DNA of 32,000 nucleotides from Candidatus Kuenenia stuttgartensis (GCF_900232105.1 NZ_LT934425.1:2400001-2432000); one strand, 5' to 3'. Counted from the first letter of the stretch, positions 8,344-17,057 are shown. Notes: a model not told the origin generated them from the sequence alone. Program-made: numbers and translations.

Positions 8344-8408
8344 AGGAAAGGCAGATAAATTAAAAATTTTCATTCACAATTAAACTGATTTTTGGTAAAA
8401 ATAATAGG

Positions 8409-8495
8409 GCGTTGGTGCCGGGGAAAAGCCTTGGTAGTATATCGCTCAGTTTTGGGCTTATCTGAGCAGCTTCGACACCGACGCTCTTTTTTTTC
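8409..8495 (+). terminator. Long composite hairpin followed by a T-run (intrinsic terminator or small structured RNA)
   Basis: gcgttggtg (8409-8417) pairs with caccgacgc (8476-8484), including one G.U pair. This encloses the hairpin gctcag..ctgagc and is followed by tctttttttt. It lies 66 nt downstream of the 6955..8343 stop. Confidence 0.45.
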
Positions 8496-8511
8496 TTTAT
8501 ACAAACTGTAA

Positions 8512-8576
8512 GGGCGAAGCATTTGCCATAAATTGTCATAAATGCGTTCGTACCTAAACTGGCAAATGCTTCGCCC
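8512..8576. repeat. 17-bp perfect inverted repeat with a 31-nt loop
   Basis: gggcgaagcatttgcca (8512-8528) pairs with tggcaaatgcttcgccc (8560-8576). It lies about 110 nt upstream of the MoxR start. Confidence 0.8.
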
Positions 8577-8683
8577 CTACCCTGGTAGAATTGCTACCGT
8601 GTCTTAAGCCGATAAATAATAAACATATAGTTCTTGAACAGAGAACATGGCGGCCATTACCTTTATAGAAAATATCATTCTTT

Positions 8684-9688
8684 ATGGCACCCCTTGAAAT
8701 AGAAAAATCCGACCTCCAGTCAATTGAAAAGATAGTAAACGGCCGTACAAGGATTAAAAAGGAAATTGCAAAGGTCATTATCGGTCAGGAAGACGTTATT
8801 GACGAACTTCTCGTTGCCCTTTTTTGCAAAGGGCATTGTCTTTTTGTGGGAGTTCCAGGCCTTGCGAAGACATTACTGGTAAGTACGTTAGCAGATGTTT
8901 TGAATTTGAAGTTTAATCGTATACAGTTTACGCCAGACCTCATGCCTGCGGATATCACAGGCACAGATATTTTAGAGACGGATCACGATACGGGAAAAAG
9001 GTTTTTCAAATTTATTAAAGGCCCTATCTTCTCCAATATTTTGCTTGCGGACGAAATTAATCGCACACCTCCAAAGACGCAAGCTGCCCTCCTTCAGGCG
9101 ATGCAGGAAAACAAAGTGACTGCAAGCGGCGCTACCTATAAACTTGATCCCCCTTTCATGGTATTTGCTACCCAGAATCCCATTGAACAGGAAGGCACCT
9201 ATCCTCTGCCTGAAGCACAACTTGACCGGTTTATGTTTCAGATTAATGTAGAGTATCCTTCCAGGGAGGAGGAAATAGAAATTGTGAGAACCACCACATC
9301 TGCTTTTAAACCCTGTGTTTCTAAGGTATTCAGTCCCGAAGAAATAATACATCTTCAGGAATTGGTTACCAGGGTGCCCGTTGCTGATCATGTGCTTGAC
9401 TATGCCGTAAGATTGGTTCGCGCTTCCAGGCCAAACGATTCGGAGGCGCCTGATTTTATTAAAAAATGGATTAGCTGGGGGGCAGGCCCCCGTGCGTCGC
9501 AATATCTTATCCTTGGCGGTAAGGCCAGGGCAATACTGGATGGCAGGTATGCAGCGACATGCAGCGACGTTCGCAAGCTTGCAAAGTCCATATTACAACA
9601 CCGCATTATCACGAATTTTCATGCAGAAGCCGAAGGGAAAACAACCCTTCACATTATCGACCAGTTGGTTGACGCCATAAAAGAATGA
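8684..9688 (+). CDS. MoxR-family AAA+ ATPase
   Basis: Walker A is GVPGLAKT and Walker B is ILLADEINRTPPKTQAALLQAMQE. ATQNPIEQEGTYPLPEAQLDRF is the typical MoxR core. Confidence 0.9.
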   Translation: MAPLEIEKSDLQSIEKIVNGRTRIKKEIAKVIIGQEDVIDELLVALFCKGHCLFVGVPGLAKTLLVSTLADVLNLKFNRIQFTPDLMPADITGTDILETDHDTGKRFFKFIKGPIFSNILLADEINRTPPKTQAALLQAMQENKVTASGATYKLDPPFMVFATQNPIEQEGTYPLPEAQLDRFMFQINVEYPSREEEIEIVRTTTSAFKPCVSKVFSPEEIIHLQELVTRVPVADHVLDYAVRLVRASRPNDSEAPDFIKKWISWGAGPRASQYLILGGKARAILDGRYAATCSDVRKLAKSILQHRIITNFHAEAEGKTTLHIIDQLVDAIKE

Positions 9689-9728
9689 ATGAAACACGGC
9701 GCAATATAGCCTCAACCGCTCTACCAAA

Positions 9729-9752
9729 GTGAGGAATCTTAAGATTCCTCAC
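9729..9752. repeat. 24-bp perfect palindrome
   Basis: gtgaggaatctt|aagattcctcac is an exact palindrome, 41 nt after the MoxR stop. No T-run follows. Confidence 0.9.
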
Positions 9753-9772
9753 ATCGCGCAGTCCACAAACCA

Positions 9773-9832
9773 CAGTCCTCAATCGGCAATTTGCCGGCTG
9801 AAGACTGTGGATTGCCGACTGCATACTATAGA
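9773..9832. repeat. Mosaic intergenic repeat, partial copy B
   Basis: cagtcctcaatcggcaatttgccggctgaagactgtggattgccgactgca shares the gtcctca / cggcaat / gattgccgact modules with copies A, D and E. Confidence 0.65.
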
Positions 9833-9845
9833 CTACTTCTAAAAA

Positions 9846-10751
9846 ATGCCTGAAAATCCTTTCGATCCAATAACACTCTCAAAGATTGCGAATATGGAAT
9901 TGCGCGCAAGGCTGGTAGCGGATGCGGTAATGTCCGGCATTCATAAAAGTCCTTACACCGGTTCCAGCATCGAATTCCTTGAGCATAAAGAGTATTCTCC
10001 CGGCAATGAGATAAAACATATTGACTGGAAGGTACAGGCAAAGACTGATAAATATTATGTAAAACAATTCGAGGAAGAAACAAATCTTAAAAGCTACCTC
10101 TTTGTCGATGCCAGCGGTTCTATGGGATATAAGTCAAAAGGGGTAAGCAAACTTGAGTATGCAATTACCCTTGCGGCCTCTCTCTCGTATCTGCTGCTAA
10201 GGCAGTCCGATCTTGTGGGATTGGTTTGTTTCCGCGAAGGCATGAAGCAGTATGTGCCTCCGCGGTCGAGACTTTCCCATTTTTATGCGATAATCAAAAC
10301 ACTTGAAGGATTAGAGGCTGGTGGTGCATCCAATATCGGCGCCGTTCTTAAAGAATTTGCTGAAAAGATCCGCCATCGTTCATTAATTATCATCATATCT
10401 GATTTTTTTGATAATAGGGAAGAAATTATACGGCAATTAAAATATTTCCATTTTAAAAAGAACGAAGTATTATTATTTCACATTCTGGACCCTTATGAAC
10501 TCACTTTCCCGTTTGAAACGATTACTTATTTCGAATCGATGGAAGATGATAGAAAGATACTGGCAGACCCAAAGACGATAAAAGACCGGTATCTGGCAGA
10601 AATAAACCGCTTTATTGATCAATTCAAAAAAACATGCCTGGAAAATCAGATAGATTACTGGCTGATAGATTCTTCCACACCTCTTGACCAAACGTTAATT
10701 CAGTTTTTGGCGCGAAGGGAAAATGTCCTCCGTTCAATCATCAAGATATGA
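9846..10751 (+). CDS. DUF58 (vWA-like) protein, the usual MoxR partner
   Basis: GIHKSPYTGSSIEFLEHKEYSPGNEIKHIDWKVQAKTDKYYVKQFEEETNLKSYLFVDASGSM matches the DUF58 pattern. It sits immediately downstream of MoxR. Confidence 0.8.
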   Translation: MPENPFDPITLSKIANMELRARLVADAVMSGIHKSPYTGSSIEFLEHKEYSPGNEIKHIDWKVQAKTDKYYVKQFEEETNLKSYLFVDASGSMGYKSKGVSKLEYAITLAASLSYLLLRQSDLVGLVCFREGMKQYVPPRSRLSHFYAIIKTLEGLEAGGASNIGAVLKEFAEKIRHRSLIIIISDFFDNREEIIRQLKYFHFKKNEVLLFHILDPYELTFPFETITYFESMEDDRKILADPKTIKDRYLAEINRFIDQFKKTCLENQIDYWLIDSSTPLDQTLIQFLARRENVLRSIIKI

Positions 10752-10764
10752 CGCACCACGGTAT

Positions 10765-11073
10765 CAGTAATTTCTTTGCATTATTTGGTAAAATATTTAA
10801 TGGTGAAATCTGATAATTGTAAAATCTGAAACACGAAATGCGAAACAAATTCGAATAACAAAGCATAAAATTCAAAACAAATCCAAAACATCCCTGTCTG
10901 CGTGCGGTCACGCACAGGCAGGCAACAATATGAAGCATGAAATGTACGATACGAAAGGTGTACTTGTTTAGAATTTACATCATTTTGTCATTAGAATTTG
11001 TTTCGTATCTCGGACTTCGAATTTCGTATTTTTCATTTCATGTTTGTTTGGTTTCTGGCTATGCCAGCTTAGG
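10765..11073. repeat. Mosaic intergenic repeat, copy C, with a large internal imperfect palindrome
   Basis: Its ends match copy E and the reverse complement of copy A (cagtaatttctttgca...aaaatatttaat and gtttctggctatgccagcttagg). The interior carries gaaatgcgaaacaaattcgaata (about 10836) opposed to cattagaatttgtttcgtatctc (about 10990). These flank a central hairpin, ctgtctgcgtgcggtcacgcacaggcagg. Confidence 0.7.
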
Positions 11074-11110
11074 TATCTGTTTATTATCACTTTTTTGGGG
11101 GATATAATGC

Positions 11111-12736
11111 ATGGCACATCATTTTAAGAATGCGGAAGAATGTTGGAGGTCTATCCTGTCAGATGTAAAAGGAAATGCCAATTTACTGAGTGAAATCAAG
11201 AGGTTTGCGGAAGAAAACACCGCTCCGGCAAAGATCGTTTTTGGGACATCCGGCTGGAGAGGAGAAATGGGCACAGACTACACCTTTCATACGGTGCGCA
11301 TAGTAACCACCGCAATAATTGAAATGTTTAAAAACGCAAGCGCTGAATTACTGAGCGCTTTAGGGGCGGAGAATTTCGGGGATATAAAAAAACGCGGCAT
11401 AATTGTGGGACACGATAACAGGTTCCTTGGGCCTGAATTTGCAAATGCTGTTATGGGTTTATTGTCTAAGGAAGGCATCAAGGTGTATTACACAGGTGAA
11501 GCGACCACACCTGAATTATCAGCCTCTATTGAAATGGTAAATGCCGCCGGCTCGATAAATTTAACCCCTTCGCACAACCCTTCCAATTATGCCGGATTTA
11601 AGTTTAATCCGGCCGATGGCGGCCCTGCCGGCACTGAGATCACAAGTGTCATTGAAAGGAATGCAAACCAATTAATGGCAAACAACAAAACCATACCGGC
11701 AATTTTGCCCGGAGATGTAGAGAAGATAGATACCATAAAACTTTATAAAGATTTTCTTCTGCGCCGGGGTACATTGGATATTGAGAAAATCAGGCGATTT
11801 ATTCAAAACGAAGATTGTTTTATTTGCATAGATCATGTTCACGGCGCATCAAGAAAAAGACCTGCTTCAATTCTCGGAGAAAGCAATAAAATATCTTATC
11901 TGAGAACTGAAGACGACTATTTGTTTGGCGGCATTTCTCCGGAGCCTTCTGCCAGAAACATACAACCGGCAATGGATATGCTGAAGGGAAGAGGAAACAG
12001 ATTTAAGCTGGGCGTGGTTATTGACCCGGATGGAGACAGAATACGATTTACTGACGGAAACAGAGATATCACCATAAACCATTTTGGCGCGACGGCGCTC
12101 CACTTTTTACATACGTATAAAAATATTTTCGGCGTATTGGTAAAGTCGGTAGCAACCAGTAATTTTGGAAATGCCATTGCTCAAAAACTGAGTATTCCGG
12201 TAAAAGAAACGGCCGTAGGGTTTAAGAATTTTAGGCCCTATATGTTACAAAAAGCCAGTGAAAGGGCAATTGTCGCCTACGAAGAGAGCGACGGAATAAC
12301 CGGATACAACAATACCCTTGAAAAAGACGCCTTGTTTGGCCTTTTGATCGCCATTGAAATGATGGCTGTTACAGGAAAAAACATCAGTGAATATCTTTGC
12401 ATGCTGGAAGAAGAATTCGGCGCATACTATCCTGAAAGGGCAGGAATTGAGGTCGCGCGTTCTCTGGCAGGGGAACCGCTCGCAAAAAAACTTTCTAAAC
12501 TACTGGAAAGATTTAAAACAGGTGAAGAATTTTTGATAGGTGAAAAGAAGAAAAAAATAGCTTCTGTTATCACCACAGACGGCATTAAAATAGTACTGGA
12601 CGATAATTCCTGGTTTTTGATTCGGCCGTCCGGCACGGAACCAAAAGTAAGATTTTATACAGAAACAAGATCTCAGTGTGAAGCGGCGGCAATGATTGAC
12701 GCCGTAAAATCCATTACAAAAGAGGCGCTTGAATAG
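11111..12736 (+). CDS. alpha-D-phosphohexomutase (phosphoglucomutase/phosphomannomutase family)
   Basis: Four signatures are present: the active-site serine loop INLTPSHNPSNYAGFKF, the metal loop GVVIDPDGDRIRF, the sugar loop EESDG, and the phosphate loop IRPSGTEPKVRFY. Confidence 0.9.
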   Translation: MAHHFKNAEECWRSILSDVKGNANLLSEIKRFAEENTAPAKIVFGTSGWRGEMGTDYTFHTVRIVTTAIIEMFKNASAELLSALGAENFGDIKKRGIIVGHDNRFLGPEFANAVMGLLSKEGIKVYYTGEATTPELSASIEMVNAAGSINLTPSHNPSNYAGFKFNPADGGPAGTEITSVIERNANQLMANNKTIPAILPGDVEKIDTIKLYKDFLLRRGTLDIEKIRRFIQNEDCFICIDHVHGASRKRPASILGESNKISYLRTEDDYLFGGISPEPSARNIQPAMDMLKGRGNRFKLGVVIDPDGDRIRFTDGNRDITINHFGATALHFLHTYKNIFGVLVKSVATSNFGNAIAQKLSIPVKETAVGFKNFRPYMLQKASERAIVAYEESDGITGYNNTLEKDALFGLLIAIEMMAVTGKNISEYLCMLEEEFGAYYPERAGIEVARSLAGEPLAKKLSKLLERFKTGEEFLIGEKKKKIASVITTDGIKIVLDDNSWFLIRPSGTEPKVRFYTETRSQCEAAAMIDAVKSITKEALE

Positions 12737-12768
12737 GATGCAATATCATTTTGAACAGGGGAGCAGAT

Positions 12769-13500
12769 ATGTCGATTAAGGAAAATCTGGAGAATGTAAA
12801 ACAAAACATCGCCAATGCAGCAATTAAAACAGGGAAGAAGCCGGAAGATATCACCCTGGTTATGGCAACAAAAACGGTGGATGTTGACCGGATACGTGAA
12901 GCAATCAAGGCCGGCGGAAATATCATCGGCGAAAACAAAATACAGGAGGCGCTCAAAAAATACCAGGAACTGAAAGATGAAAAGGTGGAATGGCATTTTA
13001 TTGGGCATTTGCAGACAAATAAAGTAAAAGACGCCCTGAAATTTGCACATATGATACATTCCGTAGACAGACTTCCACTGGCAGAAAAACTCGATCACCG
13101 GCTTATGCAGGAAGTGAGGTCGCTTGATATCCTTGTGCAGGTCAATACTTCTCATGAAGAGAGCAAGTATGGCATCGAACCAGAAAAGGCAATATCCCTG
13201 ATAAAACAAATCGCAAAATATGACACGTTAAATATTCGTGGACTTATGACTATCGGGTTATTTACAAAGGACGAGGTAAAGATCCGGAAGTGCTTCAAAG
13301 TGTTGAAAGCACTTTGTGATACTATTGTAACGGAAGGGATCGATAGGGTGCAAATGGACTACCTATCCATGGGGATGACAAATGATTACCAGATAGCTAT
13401 TGAGGAAGGCGCAAACATGGTAAGAATTGGCACGGCAATTTTCGGGGCAAGAAATACTCCCGATGCATATTACTGGCCATCAGAAAAAAAAGACCAGTGA
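12769..13500 (+). CDS. yggS: YggS-family pyridoxal-phosphate homeostasis protein
   Basis: LVMATKTV carries the PLP lysine. GENKIQEA, WHFIGHLQTNKVK and IHSVD are also present. I prefer the ATG at 12769, preceded by gggag, over the TTG at 12751. Confidence 0.85.
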   Translation: MSIKENLENVKQNIANAAIKTGKKPEDITLVMATKTVDVDRIREAIKAGGNIIGENKIQEALKKYQELKDEKVEWHFIGHLQTNKVKDALKFAHMIHSVDRLPLAEKLDHRLMQEVRSLDILVQVNTSHEESKYGIEPEKAISLIKQIAKYDTLNIRGLMTIGLFTKDEVKIRKCFKVLKALCDTIVTEGIDRVQMDYLSMGMTNDYQIAIEEGANMVRIGTAIFGARNTPDAYYWPSEKKDQ

Positions 13501-13639
13501 GATTGTGCAACATAAGAACTATTGAAAAAGTATACTCCATATTATTGCTGGATTCGTCGCGAAAGGGCCGCTCCTTAATCCACCCAGTACTGGTTCAGGA
13601 TAGAAATGTATTGTTAACAATGGAAATAAAGGTGATGCT

Positions 13640-13744
13640 GTGAAATCAAAAGTAGTTGTTTATAAGACAGAAGAAGGTGGTTACCGGGCAGAAGTTCCGG
13701 CTATCCCTGGTTGTCTTACACAGGGTGATACATTGGAAGAATAA
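13640..13744 (+). pseudogene. hicB: HicB-family antitoxin N-terminal stub (34 codons)
   Basis: My translation from the GTG at 13640 is [34 protein letters not shown] followed by TAA. This matches the UPF0150/HicB N-terminal pattern (..E.GGY.A.VP.LPGC.TQG.TLEEA..) and stops exactly where the helix normally continues. It is below the track's 60-aa cutoff. Confidence 0.55.
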
Positions 13745-13791
13745 TTGCAAAATATCTATGTTTTGCAAAAATAAGAAATGGTTTTGATGTT

Positions 13792-14193
13792 TTGACACAA
13801 CACATTAAAAGACCACACACAGAACAGGATAAAGAAATTTATAGAATTGCTGTAGAAAAATGGAAAAGCAAGATGGGGAGGCTCGATTACAACGATCTCC
13901 CGGAAAGGCTTAAAACCCATAAAAACAGAAACGCTTTCTTAGACAGATTTAAGGTCGTAGCTGATAATGTGAATTATTCACAGACAGTGGTAGCGCATAT
14001 TGCAAAAGACGGACATTATTACATTCATCCTGATATAGAACAAAATCGTTCAATCTCGGTTCGGGAAGCTGCCAGACTGCAATCATTTCCTGACGATTAT
14101 TATTTCGAGGGAGTAAAGGAGGGGAGAAACAGAACTGCTGCTTTTAAACAAATTGGGAATGCCTTGCCGCCACTGATGGGTAAGGCGGCATAA
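13792..14193 (+). pseudogene. dcm: C-5 cytosine DNA methyltransferase, C-terminal fragment only
   Basis: [29 protein letters not shown]...[16 protein letters not shown] corresponds to motifs VIII-X (the QSFPD and GNAxPP blocks). The N-terminal AdoMet motifs (FxGxG) and the catalytic PC motif are absent. The frame is closed by a TGA at 13726-13728, and the track start is a TTG. Confidence 0.75.
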
Positions 14194-14215
14194 ACATCAA
14201 ACAATAATTTTAAAA

Positions 14216-14587
14216 ATGGACTTACAATATATTAAAAATACAATTGTGGAATTGAAAGAAAGAGATAAAATCTACTCTCATGAATTGGAATTAAATACTT
14301 TGGAAGAAGCAAACAAAATTGTTAAAGTTGGCGCTTTAACTGTTGGAACTGATTCAAAAGGAAAAATTATTGCCCAAAATGTTTTATATCCTACTCAGTT
14401 TTCACAAAAGGCAGTTGAAAATATTTTGACAATGAATTGGAGAAACGGAAATGGAGAACGAGTTGAACCTCTTGTGTATGGAAGAAATGACTGGTATCGG
14501 GAAAGGTTGAAAACGATAAATGGTATTTTGAAACTTATGGATGAAAGTAAGACTGAAAACTATGATTCGGTAGAAACCAAAGAATAG
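14216..14587 (+). CDS. Hypothetical 123-aa protein, no recognisable family, first gene of the cassette
   Basis: This is an intact ORF starting at an ATG. Its stop lies 4 nt before the start of the next gene. It is AT-rich like its neighbour. I see no TM segment or signal peptide. Confidence 0.5.
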   Translation: MDLQYIKNTIVELKERDKIYSHELELNTLEEANKIVKVGALTVGTDSKGKIIAQNVLYPTQFSQKAVENILTMNWRNGNGERVEPLVYGRNDWYRERLKTINGILKLMDESKTENYDSVETKE

Positions 14588-14591
14588 CTAT

Positions 14592-16568
14592 ATGCTTAAT
14601 TTCTATTACAAGGATTCTATCGAAACTTTTCAAAATAAAAGCATAGAAGAGATAATTGGTTTGATTGCTTTATCTAATCAATTTGATTCTACTATTAATC
14701 AAAACAAGTCGTGGGAACAACAAATACCTATTCTGAAGAAAGCTTTAGATGGATATTACGGGACAATTTTTTTTGAGTTCTCAATCCCAAGAATGGGAAA
14801 GCGTGTAGACTGTTTAGTTATTATTGATAATATTGTTTTCGTTATTGAATTTAAAGTTGGGGAGAAAGAATTTTTAAGTTACAACATTGACCAAGTTTGG
14901 GATTATGCTCTTGATTTGAAAAACTTCCACAAGCCAAGCCATTCCGCGGTTTTAGCACCGATTTTAGTAGCAACAGAAGCAAAATATTTATTAAACGAGA
15001 TTTCTTTAACCCCGCACAATGATGATTTGATTTTTCCTATAAAGTCGAATAAGGATAACTTACATGATGCAATTAAGAATACATTATTGTTTTTTCGTGG
15101 TAAAACAATAATAAATGGAGATGAGTATGCGAAAGGAAGTTATTCTCCTACCCCAACGATTATAGAAGCAGCCGTTTCACTTTACAACAATCATTCAGTT
15201 GAAGAAATTACCAGAAATGACGCAGAAGCTATAAATCTGAGTAAAACAAGTTCGGCTATATCTGAAATAATTGACTATGCTAAATCCGAAAACAAGAAAG
15301 TAATTTGTTTTGTAACGGGCGTCCCTGGCGCTGGAAAAACTTTAGTAGGATTAAAAGTGGCAACCTTACATTTAGATAATGAAAAAAACAATACAAGTGT
15401 TTATTTATCTGGTAATGCTCCTTTAGTAGCAATTCTTCAAGAAGCTTTGATAAGAGACAAAGTTAATCGGGAAAGAGAACTTGGAAATAGAATAACTAAA
15501 TCAGAGGCGAAAAAAGGAGTAAAAACATTCATACAAATAATTCATCATTACAGAGATGCTTATCTTGTAGACCCAAATCCACCTTATGATCATGTTGCGA
15601 TTTTTGATGAAGCACAAAGGGCATGGAATAAAGATCAGACCGTTAAATTCATGAGGCAAAAAAAGAATCAGAGTAATTTTAATTATTCAGAGCCAGAGTT
15701 TCTCATTTCTTGCCTTGATAGACATAAAGATTGGGCTGTTATCGTTTGTTTAGTTGGAGGTGGGCAGGAAATAAATACTGGAGAGGCAGGAATATCAGAA
15801 TGGTTAAATGCCATTTACAGTAAATTTACTGACTGGGAAGTTTGTATTTCACCAAACCTAACTGATAGTGAATATGCGGCAATCGAATCTATTAGTAAAC
15901 TTCAAGAAAGAGGGGTTACAAAATATAATAAAGATTTACATCTCTCTGTTTCAATGCGGTCTTTCAGGGCAGATAAAGTTTCTTTTTTTGTAAAATCACT
16001 TTTGGACTTAAACGTAGATGAAGTAAAAGAAACGCTATCATCTATCTCAGAAAATTATCCAATTATGTTAACAAGAGATTTAGCAAAAGCAAAGAAATGG
16101 TTGAAACAAAAATCAAGAGGAACCGAACGATACGGAATAGTAGTATCCTCCCAAGCCCAAAGATTAAAGCCCCTTGCAATTGATGTTAAATCCCCAATGA
16201 ATCCTGTAAACTGGTTTTTAGAGGGTAAAGATGATGTTCGTTCTTCCTATTATTTGGAAGATGTTGCAACGGAATTTCATGTTCAGGGCTTGGAGTTGGA
16301 TTGGGCTTGTGTTACTTGGGACGGTGATTTAAGATATTCTGAAAGCGGATGGGGAACTTTTTCTTTTGTTGGTAATAAATGGCAAAACATTCACAAGGAA
16401 GAAAGAAAAAGATATTTGATTAATGCTTACAGAGTATTGTTAACCAGAGCTCGACAAGGAATGGTAATCGTTCTCCCGGAAGGAAATGTTGAAGACCATA
16501 CCAGAAAGCCAGAATACTACGACAAAACTTTCAACTATCTAAAAAGTATCGGTATCAAAACTCTTTAG
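14592..16568 (+). CDS. PD-(D/E)xK nuclease-like N-domain fused to a DUF2075 (Schlafen group-3-type) P-loop NTPase/helicase-like domain
   Basis: The N-terminus FEFSIPRMGKRVDCLVIIDNIVFVIEFKVGEKE has a D...ExK arrangement. Walker A is FVTGVPGAGKT and the Walker B-like block is HVAIFDEAQRAW. VCLVGGGQEI is present, and the C-terminal AYRVLLTRARQGMVIV resembles SF1 motif VI. The overall layout matches my memory of Pfam PF09848. Confidence 0.7.
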   Translation: MLNFYYKDSIETFQNKSIEEIIGLIALSNQFDSTINQNKSWEQQIPILKKALDGYYGTIFFEFSIPRMGKRVDCLVIIDNIVFVIEFKVGEKEFLSYNIDQVWDYALDLKNFHKPSHSAVLAPILVATEAKYLLNEISLTPHNDDLIFPIKSNKDNLHDAIKNTLLFFRGKTIINGDEYAKGSYSPTPTIIEAAVSLYNNHSVEEITRNDAEAINLSKTSSAISEIIDYAKSENKKVICFVTGVPGAGKTLVGLKVATLHLDNEKNNTSVYLSGNAPLVAILQEALIRDKVNRERELGNRITKSEAKKGVKTFIQIIHHYRDAYLVDPNPPYDHVAIFDEAQRAWNKDQTVKFMRQKKNQSNFNYSEPEFLISCLDRHKDWAVIVCLVGGGQEINTGEAGISEWLNAIYSKFTDWEVCISPNLTDSEYAAIESISKLQERGVTKYNKDLHLSVSMRSFRADKVSFFVKSLLDLNVDEVKETLSSISENYPIMLTRDLAKAKKWLKQKSRGTERYGIVVSSQAQRLKPLAIDVKSPMNPVNWFLEGKDDVRSSYYLEDVATEFHVQGLELDWACVTWDGDLRYSESGWGTFSFVGNKWQNIHKEERKRYLINAYRVLLTRARQGMVIVLPEGNVEDHTRKPEYYDKTFNYLKSIGIKTL

Positions 16569-16585
16569 CAGTAATTTCTATTTTC

Positions 16586-16921
16586 TTGAATGAAGCGGAC
16601 AAGGCTATACTTAGAAAGTTTCTTCACGCCAATTCTGACTTTCTAAACATTCTTAATTCTTGGGTTGGCCCAGAAAAACAAATCAGGGATTTGCAGTCAG
16701 GAACATGGAGCGTTGAGATAAAAACAACTCATCAAAACAATCATCAGAAAGTTCACATAAGCAGCGAAAGACAACTTGACACACGTGATATGGGAAATCA
16801 TTTTCTCTATCATCTTTCATTGGAAGCAAGACAACAATCGGGCGAAATATTAAATCAAATTGTTGATTCTGTTTCAGAATATTTAAGTTCTGACATCTTT
16901 ACGAACACACCGGATATTTAA
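16586..16921 (+). pseudogene. DUF4420-type PD-(D/E)XK motif protein, C-terminal-domain fragment
   Basis: SWVGPEKQIRDLQSGTWSVEIKTTHQNNHQKVHISSERQLD matches the W.GP...(H)D(F)......(I/V)E(V/I)KTT......V.ISS..QL core as I remember it. The fragment is only 111 codons, whereas I recall about 300 for the family. The track start is a TTG. Confidence 0.5.
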
Positions 16922-16989
16922 TTCGGCAGGATGTATTCTGCAAAGTAGAAAATGACTTTCCGGGAATTGAGGAGAGAGATATTTGCAGT

Positions 16990-17057
16990 AAAATAGGGAC
17001 AGCGACCATTTCTGGAGATTTGGAAAAGTAAGCAGATAACATTTCTGTCCCTATTTT
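16990..17057. repeat. 13-bp inverted repeat with a 42-nt spacer
   Basis: aaaatagggacag (16990-17002) pairs with ctgtccctatttt (17045-17057). It sits in non-coding debris between two gene fragments. Confidence 0.8.

Noticed and set aside
8409-8484. A 76-nt closed stem structure of tRNA-like length.
   Set aside because: It has no cloverleaf. There is no GTTC-type T-loop, no D-loop GG, and the inner hairpin has a 12-nt loop. A T-run follows it, so it is better explained as a terminator or sRNA.
13516-13600. Possible hicA toxin remnant upstream of the HicB stub.
   Set aside because: Only three very short HicA-like peptides (ELLKK, AGFVAKG, GRSLIHP) appear, spread over three frames. That is too weak to annotate, so it is mentioned only as context.
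16586-16921. Treating the 111-aa ORF as a third intact gene of the DUF2075 cassette.
   Set aside because: It begins at a TTG and matches only the catalytic C-terminal part of a family I recall as roughly 300 aa. It is followed by non-coding debris, so it is more parsimoniously a fragment. A profile alignment could overturn this.
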